Assembly: GCA_018394315.1 (NCBI GenBank)
Contig: CP074575.1
Span: 1,954,615-2,018,614, forward strand
Length of the DNA stretch: 64,000 bases
Reading direction: 5' to 3'
Source of the DNA: Mycoplasmatota bacterium
GTDB lineage: Bacteria; Bacillota_I; Bacilli_A; MAG-NZ
Shown here: positions 1 to 7,957 of the stretch, one piece after another
How positions within the stretch are numbered: position 1 is the stretch's first letter
Layout of the letters: each line of letters opens with the position of its first letter
Made by a program: the position numbers and the translations under genes
Notes under the pieces: generated by a model
Told to the model about the DNA's origin: nothing
The model's input: only the letters and a program-made list of their open reading frames with translations
Databases searched by the model: none

Positions 1-778
1 TATTATCACCTTTGACTTGATTAATAACTTCAAGTTGTTCATCACTTAATTCAATAATCTTATCTTTGTACTCTTTCTTCTCGTTACGGTAAACTTCTTC
101 TTTATACTCAGAAACAATCCCCTTCTTAATCAAAGCATTTACTGCACTTAAACCAGCAAATTCAACTACATCTCTTTTCCTTATATTTTTACTTTTCAAG
201 ATGTAATCATAAGCGAGTAATTGCTTGTACGCTTTCTTAGGTAAATCAATAAATTTTTCTAGTCTTAAATATGTCTCAAATTGAATCGATGCCTTCTCCT
301 TAATATCATAAAAAAGTTCAACTGCACCAGTTTTAATTGCCTTCTTCACTTCCTTTAAATTTTCTAAAGATAATTCATCTAAGTAAATTCTATCCTTTTT
401 GAATATGTTCAAAAGTGTTTCCGGTAATGCTTTTTTTTGTATAATATACTTCCTATATTTAGCTTTTATCGCCACAGGCAACATAGTCTTAAAAGTAGAA
501 ATGTATGTGCTTGCCGTTTCATTCGCTAATTTAATTCCTAAAGACAATAATTCTTCACTCAAACTAGGAATAACATCAAAACAATCATTAATCTCCTTTA
601 ACTCCTTATCGTCACCTTCAATTATATCAATAACAAATCCCATCAATGTTCGCGCACCAAAAGGTACGATAACTCGCATTCCCTTTTCTACTACTTCGAT
701 TAAGCGACTAGGAATCAAATAATCAAATGGTCGATTAAGTTGTTTGTTGTTTACATCAACTATAACCTTCGCTATCAT
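1..778 (-). CDS. priA: Primosomal protein N' (5' part; runs off the window start)
   Basis: Not in the ORF track. Hand translation from ATG at 778 gives MIAKVIVDVNNKQLNRPFDYLIP...GMRVIVPFG, the PriA N-terminal 3'-DNA-binding motif. GAGGT RBS; follows gmk-rpoZ. Confidence 0.92.
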   Translation of the reverse strand, partial: MIAKVIVDVNNKQLNRPFDYLIPSRLIEVVEKGMRVIVPFGARTLMGFVIDIIEGDDKELKEINDCFDVIPSLSEELLSLGIKLANETASTYISTFKTMLPVAIKAKYRKYIIQKKALPETLLNIFKKDRIYLDELSLENLKEVKKAIKTGAVELFYDIKEKASIQFETYLRLEKFIDLPKKAYKQLLAYDYILKSKNIRKRDVVEFAGLSAVNALIKKGIVSEYKEEVYRNEKKEYKDKIIELSDEQLEVINQVKGDN

Positions 779-790
779 TTTTTACCTCAT

Positions 791-827
791 AAAAGAAACA
801 CTTAATTAATTATTAAGTGTTTCTTTT
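791..827 (-). terminator. Intrinsic terminator-like hairpin between rpoZ and priA
   Basis: Perfect 16-bp inverted repeat AAAAGAAACACTTAAT / ATTAAGTGTTTCTTTT. Confidence 0.7.
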
Positions 828-1054
828 TAGTCTATATCAGTTTCAGTTACTTTTACTTCACCCTCGCGAATTTCTTCTAATGCTCTACCAACCGACTTAT
901 AACACTCAGTTACAATCAACGTATGGTCCGTTTCGCTAATTTCCTTTGCACGTTTTGCCGAAGCAATAGCTAATTTATATTTTGAATCCACCACATCTAG
1001 TAATTTATCAATCGATGGATATCTCATACCATATTTTTTAGCTCTATTTTCCAT
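827..1054 (-). CDS. rpoZ: RNA polymerase omega subunit
   Basis: YPSIDKLLDVVDSKYKLAIASAKRAKE motif; directly after gmk. Confidence 0.93.
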   Translation of the reverse strand: MENRAKKYGMRYPSIDKLLDVVDSKYKLAIASAKRAKEISETDHTLIVTECYKSVGRALEEIREGEVKVTETDID

Positions 1055-1673
1055 TTTCTTCCTCCAAAATCTCTAAATAAGAATGAATACTTCTTTCTGT
1101 TTTAGCGTGCTCAGCACGGATAATCGCATAAATCCTATCAGCTGCATTATTAATTTCATCATTAACAACTATATAATCATATTTGTGTGCAAGTCTAAAC
1201 TCATTATCTGCTTTTGCGATTCTCTTTTCAACCTGGTAACTACTTTCAGTACCTCTCCTAATTAATCTATCATACAACGCTTGTTTTGTTGGTGGAACTA
1301 AGAATATCAAAATTGCATCATGCACTTTCTTCCTAACTTGAAGGGCTCCTGCAGTTTCTATTTCCAAGATGACCTCTAAACCTTCATTAAGTTTCTCTTC
1401 AACCTTATCGATTGGAGTTCCATAATAATTACCAACAAACTCAGCATACTCCAAGAACATATCATCTTTTATTCTTTGTTCAAATTCCTCTCTCGAGACA
1501 AAATAATAATCCACACCATCAATTTCGCCTTCTCTAGGTTTTCTTGTAGTCATTGAAACTGAATACGAGAACATTTGATTGTCCAACTCGAATAATGCTT
1601 TTCTTACAGTACCCTTTCCAACACCAGACGGTCCTGATACAACTACTAACATACCTTTTTTGTTCAGTTTCAT
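1044..1673 (-). CDS. gmk: Guanylate kinase
   Basis: SGPSGVGKGT P-loop, TTRKPREGEIDGVDYYF, YYGT. Confidence 0.97.
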   Translation of the reverse strand: MKLNKKGMLVVVSGPSGVGKGTVRKALFELDNQMFSYSVSMTTRKPREGEIDGVDYYFVSREEFEQRIKDDMFLEYAEFVGNYYGTPIDKVEEKLNEGLEVILEIETAGALQVRKKVHDAILIFLVPPTKQALYDRLIRRGTESSYQVEKRIAKADNEFRLAHKYDYIVVNDEINNAADRIYAIIRAEHAKTERSIHSYLEILEEENGK

Positions 1674-1820
1674 ATCTTATCTCCTACATCAAGTCTATAC
1701 TTATTTCACAATTATATGAACTATTACTATACATTATAACTTAACTATAGTAAATTAGTAAAGGATTTATTATACTAAAGAAGGATAATTTATTTAAGTA
1801 TTCATAAAAGGAATGATAGA

Positions 1821-3416
1821 ATGGCTTTTGACGGATTATTGATTAGAAATTTAATTAACGAACTAAAATTTCTAGAAACAGGAAGAATCTCAAAAATACA
1901 ACAAATATCTAAGCTTGAAATACTACTAACTATTCGAGCTAAATCAAGCAATCATAAATTGCTTATTTCGTGTTCAAGCGATTACGCAAGAATGCATATT
2001 ACTAATAACAAGTACGACGTTCCAAATGAACCGCCTAGTTTTTGCATGATGTTAAGAAAGCATCTTGATGGGGGATTCATAAATAATATCTCACAACATG
2101 AGAACGACAGAATAATAATAATCGATATTCTCAAGGTTAACGAATTGGGTGATAAAGTATCTAAAAAACTTCACTTCGAAGCAATGGGTAAACACTCAAA
2201 TCTTATACTTTCTGAAGAAGGAAAAATATTAGAATCAATAAAACATATTCCGCCATTCATGAATACCTACCGTACTATTTTACCTGGAGCTGACTATTTA
2301 TATCCTCCAAGTACAAAAATTAATCCATTCATTGAATTTAATAATACAGCTACATTTTCAGAAATCATGTCGTATCAAGGAATTTCTCCTTTGATGGCTA
2401 ACGAAATATTATATCAGAGTAATCCAGATTTAATCTATTCTAAACCTGATCCTGTAATTATAAGAGGAATTAAAGAGAGATATTACTTTATTCCTGTAAA
2501 CATTGAGGGTAATATTGAACACTATAATTCAATTAGCGAAATGTTAGATGTCTTCTTCTTTAATAAGGATTCTTTTGATAGAATCAGACAACGAGCAAAA
2601 GATTTAAGTATTTATATAAAAAGAGAACTAGATAAGAACATTAATAAACTTGATAAATTGAAGAATGATTTAGATAAGGCAAATGATAACCAAGAATTAA
2701 GAATCATCGGGGAAGTATTACTTGCAAATCTTAACCAAGTGAAAAGGGGTATGAATAAAGTAACTTTAACTAATTTTTATAATAATTCTAATATAGAGAT
2801 ACATTTAAATCCATTACTAACACCAACTGAAAATGCAAATAAGTACTTTAATAAATATCAAAAAGCTAAAAAGGCAATTAATCACTTAATAAATCAAATA
2901 GACTTAACTAAATTAGAAATTGAATATTTTGAGTTGCTTTCTCAACAAATCAATCAAGCAACATATAAGGATGTCGATGAAATAAGAGTTGAGTTAGAAG
3001 AAAATAATTATTTGAAGAAGAGATCTAAGAAGAAAATAAAAAAGTTAAATTATCTAACCTATCTATCAAAAAACGGTACTGAAATATTAGTTGGTAAGAA
3101 TAATAAACAAAACGAATACTTAACACATAAATATGCTAAGAAAAACGATATTTGGATGCACACTAAGGATATTCCAGGATCACATGTAATAATTAGAGAT
3201 GATAATCCAGACGAAGATACTATCCGTACTGCCGCTAACTTAGCAGCTTATTACTCAAAGGCAAAAGATTCAAGCAGCGTACCAATAGATTACACATTCA
3301 TTAAATATATTAAAAAAATCCCAGGGCGACAACTTTGTTTTGTTACTTATACAAACCAAAAAACAATATATATTGATCCTAATCCAGAATTTATACAAGA
3401 ATTAACTCAAAAGTGA
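1821..3416 (+). CDS. rqcH: NFACT/FbpA-family ribosome quality control protein RqcH
   Basis: MAFDG N-terminus, PPSFCMMLRKHL, NANKYFNKYQK, GKNNKQNEYLT...HTKDIPGSHV (NFACT-R/DUF814). Confidence 0.92.
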   Translation: MAFDGLLIRNLINELKFLETGRISKIQQISKLEILLTIRAKSSNHKLLISCSSDYARMHITNNKYDVPNEPPSFCMMLRKHLDGGFINNISQHENDRIIIIDILKVNELGDKVSKKLHFEAMGKHSNLILSEEGKILESIKHIPPFMNTYRTILPGADYLYPPSTKINPFIEFNNTATFSEIMSYQGISPLMANEILYQSNPDLIYSKPDPVIIRGIKERYYFIPVNIEGNIEHYNSISEMLDVFFFNKDSFDRIRQRAKDLSIYIKRELDKNINKLDKLKNDLDKANDNQELRIIGEVLLANLNQVKRGMNKVTLTNFYNNSNIEIHLNPLLTPTENANKYFNKYQKAKKAINHLINQIDLTKLEIEYFELLSQQINQATYKDVDEIRVELEENNYLKKRSKKKIKKLNYLTYLSKNGTEILVGKNNKQNEYLTHKYAKKNDIWMHTKDIPGSHVIIRDDNPDEDTIRTAANLAAYYSKAKDSSSVPIDYTFIKYIKKIPGRQLCFVTYTNQKTIYIDPNPEFIQELTQK

Positions 3417-3518
3417 TACATGATTTATTGTATGACTTTTAATAAAAGGTGGTTCCTTTATGTAATGCACCCCAAAATCCGGACTAAGTAAACTTAGAAA
3501 GGAAGGGGTGCTTTTACT

Positions 3519-3995
3519 TTGGCAAAATATGATGTAGAATTTAAGGTGAAAGTAGTTAGCTACTATAATAAGTATGGTCTAACTGCTACAATGAATAAAT
3601 TCAACCTAAAGGCAGATGAAACTATATACAAGTGGGTTAGAAAGAGTAAAACTACAGGATTTATGAGAAAGAAAAACACGAAAATATCTAGCGAAAAAAA
3701 GTTTGAGATACTTGAATATTTTTGGGAATATGGATACGCAGAAACAGACATGAAATATGGTATTGATGCTGGAACACTACATAAATGGGAAAGAAAATAC
3801 CATGAGTACGGCATTGATGGACTATCCATAGATGGAAGAGGAAGAAAAAGTAAGATTGTACAAAAACCAAAGGATTTGAATAAAAATCAAGACCTATTAG
3901 CAGAAAACCAAAGGTTAAGATTGGAACTAGAATATCTAAAAAAGCTAGACGCCTTAGTTCAAGAACGGGAAGAGCGAAAACGAAAGAAAAAGTAA
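3519..3995 (+). CDS. IS3-family transposase OrfA (tandem HTH, leucine zipper)
   Basis: HTH repeats and C-terminal LAENQRLRLELEYLKKL; TTG start with AGGAAGGGG RBS. Confidence 0.9.
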   Translation: MAKYDVEFKVKVVSYYNKYGLTATMNKFNLKADETIYKWVRKSKTTGFMRKKNTKISSEKKFEILEYFWEYGYAETDMKYGIDAGTLHKWERKYHEYGIDGLSIDGRGRKSKIVQKPKDLNKNQDLLAENQRLRLELEYLKKLDALVQEREERKRKKK

Positions 3996-4825
3996 GAATA
4001 GTATTTGAACTAAGGCAAAAACACGGAGTTCTAAAACCTATTCTTGAGATAGCCAACTTAGCTAAGTCTACTTATTTTGATATGCTCAAAAATATAGATT
4101 CTGATAACGATAAAGAAATAAAAAGCAAAATAACCAATATATACTATAAACATAAGGGTAGATATGGTTATAGGCGAATAACCATAGTTTTAAGAAATGA
4201 GGGTTTAGTAATTAATCACAAGAAAGTATATAGATTAATGAAATCATTAGGATTCGTGGCTAAAATACGAGTGAAAAAATATAGATCATACAAAGGGGAA
4301 GTTGGTAAGATAGCCAACAATGAACTTAATCGGGATTTTAGCACTAATACATTCAAAGAAAAATTAGTAACTGATATAACTGAATTTAAGGTAGATGGTA
4401 GAAAGATATACTTATCACCGTTAATAGATATCCATAACGACGAAGTAATAAGCTATACAGTAGGATTTAGTCCCAATGTAAGACTAGTTATTGAAATGTT
4501 AGAAAAGGGAATTACTACTAAGATGAAAAATACCATAGTCCACTCAGATCAGGGATTCCAGTATCAAAACAGAAGATTCCAAACATATCTAGAAGACAAG
4601 GAAATAACACAAAGCATGTCTAGAAGAGGCAACTGTTTGGACAATTCTAAGGCTGAAAACTTTTTCTCTCATCTAAAGGCGGAATTTTACCATGTGAATA
4701 AGTTCAAAACAGTCAAACAGTTCATAAGAGAACTTAAGAAATACATTAATTATTATAATAATGAAAGGATAGTAACTAAACTAAAAATGTCCCCGGTACA
4801 ATACCGAGAACATTGCTTGATTTAG
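3983..4825 (+). CDS. IS3-family transposase OrfB (DDE domain), probably expressed as OrfAB by -1 frameshift
   Basis: YGYRRI, TDITEF, HSDQGFQY, SRRGNCLDNSKAENFF. The frame is open upstream of the track's ATG (4082) into the orfA end (KEKVRIVFELRQ...LAKSTYF), overlapping AAAGAAAAAG. Start coordinate approximate. Confidence 0.88.
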   Translation, partial: KEKVRIVFELRQKHGVLKPILEIANLAKSTYFDMLKNIDSDNDKEIKSKITNIYYKHKGRYGYRRITIVLRNEGLVINHKKVYRLMKSLGFVAKIRVKKYRSYKGEVGKIANNELNRDFSTNTFKEKLVTDITEFKVDGRKIYLSPLIDIHNDEVISYTVGFSPNVRLVIEMLEKGITTKMKNTIVHSDQGFQYQNRRFQTYLEDKEITQSMSRRGNCLDNSKAENFFSHLKAEFYHVNKFKTVKQFIRELKKYINYYNNERIVTKLKMSPVQYREHCLI

Positions 4826-4919
4826 TTTTTATTAGTCCGAACTTTGGGGTTCAGTACATTACAGGTTCCACCTTTTACTTTCACTAGTTTTTTCATATTT
4901 ATAGGTTTATAAATTATAC

Positions 4920-5888
4920 TTAAGTCATTTCATCAAGAGCTTGATTCTGAATAACTTCTATGAAGTTAATGCTATTGCCCTTCTTAAGTTCCCTTAATCC
5001 TCTTACATAAGCTCTATTTAGTAGTTCTACATATCTAATTTGAGCTTCATTATTTATTTTATTCAAATCTAAAACAGAACCAATGACATAATTATCTCTA
5101 TTAGGTAAATCAAAATCTGCTATGATTGTGCCATCATTTTTAACATTGCAGATATCATTATTATAGTTTAATAAAAATTCTTTACTATTTAAGTATCGTT
5201 CTGTATCATTTGGTCTATATAGAGATTGTGAAACAAACCTGGTATTCCCATTATATTTATCATTTAAATCTTCCATATTGTTTATTAGACTAGTTATATT
5301 CTCGGGAGTTATATAAAATTCGTTCTGCTCATTAGCACGACCTATTGGTTGCATGGGGCTTAATGTCACTGTTTTAATATCTCTTTTTAGAGCAAAGTCA
5401 ACAAGCCAAGAGATATTGCTTATATTTTTTTTATGGACAACAAAGATAGGATGAACAGTAATACCTGCTTTTAACATTCTATCAATATTATTAATAACTG
5501 TATCAAGCTTATCTTCTCCTCTAAATATCATATAGTTTTCCCTAGGTCCATCCAAACTTACAAGTACATATGTGTTTGATTTTTTCAAATCATTTATTAA
5601 ACTATCATTCAAATACCATGTATTAGTTATAATACTTGTTGATAATCCAATCTCACTAGCATAGATTAATAAATCTCCAATTCCTTCATACATCAACGGC
5701 TCTCCACCATGAATTGAAATTTCTTCTCCACCTTTTTCTTTAAATTGTAGTAAAATCTTCTTCCATGTATCTATACTAAGGTCCACTGAGCTATCATCAT
5801 CTAGGCTTTTAATATAACAATGTCTACATTTGCTATCGCAGTTCAAAGATATTGTAATGTTCATTAATATTTTACTATTATAAATCAT
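4920..5888 (-). CDS. Radical SAM enzyme (PqqE/SkfB-like core, Cys-poor C-terminal extension)
   Basis: CDSKCRHC (CX3CX2C), GGEPL, ITN, VSLDG motifs. Confidence 0.88.
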   Translation of the reverse strand: MIYNSKILMNITISLNCDSKCRHCYIKSLDDDSSVDLSIDTWKKILLQFKEKGGEEISIHGGEPLMYEGIGDLLIYASEIGLSTSIITNTWYLNDSLINDLKKSNTYVLVSLDGPRENYMIFRGEDKLDTVINNIDRMLKAGITVHPIFVVHKKNISNISWLVDFALKRDIKTVTLSPMQPIGRANEQNEFYITPENITSLINNMEDLNDKYNGNTRFVSQSLYRPNDTERYLNSKEFLLNYNNDICNVKNDGTIIADFDLPNRDNYVIGSVLDLNKINNEAQIRYVELLNRAYVRGLRELKKGNSINFIEVIQNQALDEMT

Positions 5889-5932
5889 CTAATCATCTCC
5901 TATTTAAATTTTTATTTATAAGAAATCGATTC

Positions 5933-5950
5933 TTATCGCAATTTAACCAT
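5933..5950 (-). CDS. Putative 5-aa mini-ORF MVKLR (leader or precursor peptide) upstream of the radical SAM gene
   Basis: AGGAGGGTGA-tttc-ATG GTT AAA TTG CGA TAA: strong SD at a suitable spacing, followed by a small hairpin. Confidence 0.5.
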   Translation of the reverse strand: MVKLR

Positions 5951-6202
5951 GAAATCACCCTCCTACTTAGTATAGATACGAGATTTTGTTATCTAGATTA
6001 ATTATGTCAAAATTTGTCAATTAAATCAAATTATTCTCGCATACTTAGACACTTTCGACTGATTAACAATTCAAATTAACACCACTAAAAAAAGGGGGAT
6101 TTGAAAGAAACTTTTTAGGTTATCTCTTTACACCCCTTTTGATTATGAATTTCAGTAATAATTTTTTAACCAAACTCATAAAAATATATCAATTTTAATA
6201 TA

Positions 6203-7732
6203 TCAACTAATATTCCATTTTATCTTTTCTAATCCATTCTCACTTAGTTCATAAATTTTATTAGCTACTTCATTAATAAATTTCCTATCATGAGAAATCG
6301 CAATAATACATCCCGGATATTCGACTAATGCCTCTCTTAGAACTGGATTAGATAAAGGAGAAAAATTACGTGTCGGTTCGTCCAAAATCAAGACATCGCA
6401 CTCAAGTAAGATTAATCTAAGTATACATAATTTCGCTTTTTGACCCCCACTATATTCACCAATAGTCTTCAGCATCTCTTCTCTAGTAAACCGAAGACTA
6501 CCCATATATGATCTAACAATATGTTCTTCTACACTAGTCTCGCTTTCTAACCACTTAACACCACTCATATCACTAGAAAGAATTTCATAATAATTTTGAG
6601 GGAAATACCCGACTCTAAGTGATTTTGATTTTACTTCTGTAAGTACCTCTTTTAATAGCGTCGTCTTACCAACACCATTTTTACCAATAATAACTATTTT
6701 CTCATTACCAACGACTTCTATGAAAACATTTATAGAAAGCACTTTTTCATTTACCTTAAGCTCATCTATCTTAAGTTTTACTACGTCCTTACCATTTGGA
6801 ATAAAACAACACTCAGGGAAATCAAAATAAATTGCTTCTTCAACAACTGGAATTTCGGTAAACTCCTTGTCTTCAAAGCGCTTTTGTTGAGATTTAAGTG
6901 CTTTCATTTTTTTAGCTAATAGTCTCGCAACTGAAGGAGCCTGCCTAGAAACTACATTTTGTTCATGTTCAACTCTCGCGAATACGTGTCTAAACCTATC
7001 CATCTGTTTTTTATGTTCTCTTCTTTCAGAGTAGGCAACTTGCTCTTGGTGAGATAATTGAGTTTTTCTTCTTTTAACATAAGTATTATAATCAATCTTT
7101 TTCACTGTATGTTTAGGTTCGTTTTTTTTCTTCAGTTGCTCAATATGTACAATCTTATTTGCAGTTCTTTCAAGTAGTGTCTCATCATGCGAAATAAAAA
7201 TAACAGGAATTTCCAGTTTCATAATATATTCTTCTAACCATACAAGAGACTCTAAATCTAAATCATTTGTAGGTTCATCTAAGAGAAGTATTTCTGAATC
7301 ATTCATGAGTAGTTTAATAATTTGCAGTTTAATCTTTTCTCCACCACTTAATGTTGATATCGTTCTTTCAAAATCAATCATTAGATTCAACTCTTTAAAC
7401 ATTCTCTCAACTCTTTGGAAAATACTATAATAATCATAATCAATATCATCATCATAGTCATTCCTTAAAAAGAATTCTTCAACTGAAGAAGTTAACCATC
7501 TTTCATCAATACTTTGTGGTAAGTAACCAATTTTAGCACTATTTAGAATTTGTCCTTTTATAATCGCATAATCTAGACTTCCAAAATATATTGCTTTTAA
7601 AATAGTTGATTTACCATTTCCTTCTTCCCCAATAATAGCTATCTTATCTCCGTTATTCACAGTTAAATTTAGATTCTTTACTAATACTTTATGTGTATAG
7701 CGATGTGTAATTGTTAAATTATTTATTTGCAT
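6203..7732 (-). CDS. ABC-F family ATPase (two NBDs, no transmembrane domain); possible ribosome protection or translation factor
   Basis: GEEGNGKST/LSGGE/LLLDEPT and GKNGVGKTT/YSGGQ/LILDEPT with a helical linker. Start placed at ATG 7732 (AGGAGG RBS) rather than 7762. Confidence 0.9.
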   Translation of the reverse strand: MQINNLTITHRYTHKVLVKNLNLTVNNGDKIAIIGEEGNGKSTILKAIYFGSLDYAIIKGQILNSAKIGYLPQSIDERWLTSSVEEFFLRNDYDDDIDYDYYSIFQRVERMFKELNLMIDFERTISTLSGGEKIKLQIIKLLMNDSEILLLDEPTNDLDLESLVWLEEYIMKLEIPVIFISHDETLLERTANKIVHIEQLKKKNEPKHTVKKIDYNTYVKRRKTQLSHQEQVAYSERREHKKQMDRFRHVFARVEHEQNVVSRQAPSVARLLAKKMKALKSQQKRFEDKEFTEIPVVEEAIYFDFPECCFIPNGKDVVKLKIDELKVNEKVLSINVFIEVVGNEKIVIIGKNGVGKTTLLKEVLTEVKSKSLRVGYFPQNYYEILSSDMSGVKWLESETSVEEHIVRSYMGSLRFTREEMLKTIGEYSGGQKAKLCILRLILLECDVLILDEPTRNFSPLSNPVLREALVEYPGCIIAISHDRKFINEVANKIYELSENGLEKIKWNIS

Positions 7733-7744
7733 ATAATACCTCCT

Positions 7745-7920
7745 AAAAAAAAGTGTAAGCAAGCATAAGCCACCTACACAAAAAAATATATCTTTGTATT
7801 TTTAATGACAATTACTTACTAATGATAAGCACACAAAAAAATGTCTGTATGATTATCTAATTTCGTTTTTAGTAAGTAATGTTCATTCTTTCAACTCCTT
7901 TACTACTCATAGTATATCAA
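7745..7920 (-). promoter_or_regulatory. uORF-containing attenuator leader of the ABC-F gene
   Basis: Extended -10 TGaTATACT (about 7911-7919), AAGGAG RBS, uORF, a 17/19 inverted repeat pairing the uORF with 7804-7822, and a terminator GTGTAGGTGGC-TTAT-GCTTGCTTACAC-T8 just before the ABC-F RBS. Confidence 0.75.
7869..7886 (-). CDS. Leader peptide MNITY
   Basis: AAGGAG-ttgaaaga-ATG AAC ATT ACT TAC TAA. Confidence 0.65.
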   Translation of the reverse strand: MNITY

Positions 7921-7936
7921 GAATAAGATTAAAAGA

Positions 7937-7957
7937 AAAGCGTGAATTTCACGCTTT
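7937..7957 (-). terminator. Terminator of ktrB
   Basis: AAAGCGTGAA-T-TTCACGCTTT inverted repeat followed by a U-rich tract on the minus strand. Confidence 0.7.

Larger units (their letters stand above)
3461..4858 (+). mobile_element. IS3-family (IS150-like) insertion sequence, apparently complete, 1398 bp
   Basis: Left IR TGTAATGCACCCCAAAATCCGGACTAA (3461-3487) and right IR (4832-4858) match at 23/27 positions. TG...CA ends, 3-bp target duplication TTA (3458-3460 and 4859-4861), orfA plus orfB. Confidence 0.95.

Noticed and set aside
399..722. 107-aa plus-strand ORF, and the other short antisense ORFs in the track (e.g. 3563-3829, 3688-4056, 8017-8295, 28994-29335, 45656-46048, 60026-60478)
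   Set aside because: They lie antisense to well-supported genes, lack RBSs and motifs, and show the Ser/Ile/Leu-rich composition of shadow frames
6085..6141. Long imperfect inverted repeat downstream of the ABC-F gene as a MITE or riboswitch
   Set aside because: Single copy in the window, no target duplication or aptamer motif; simplest reading is a terminator
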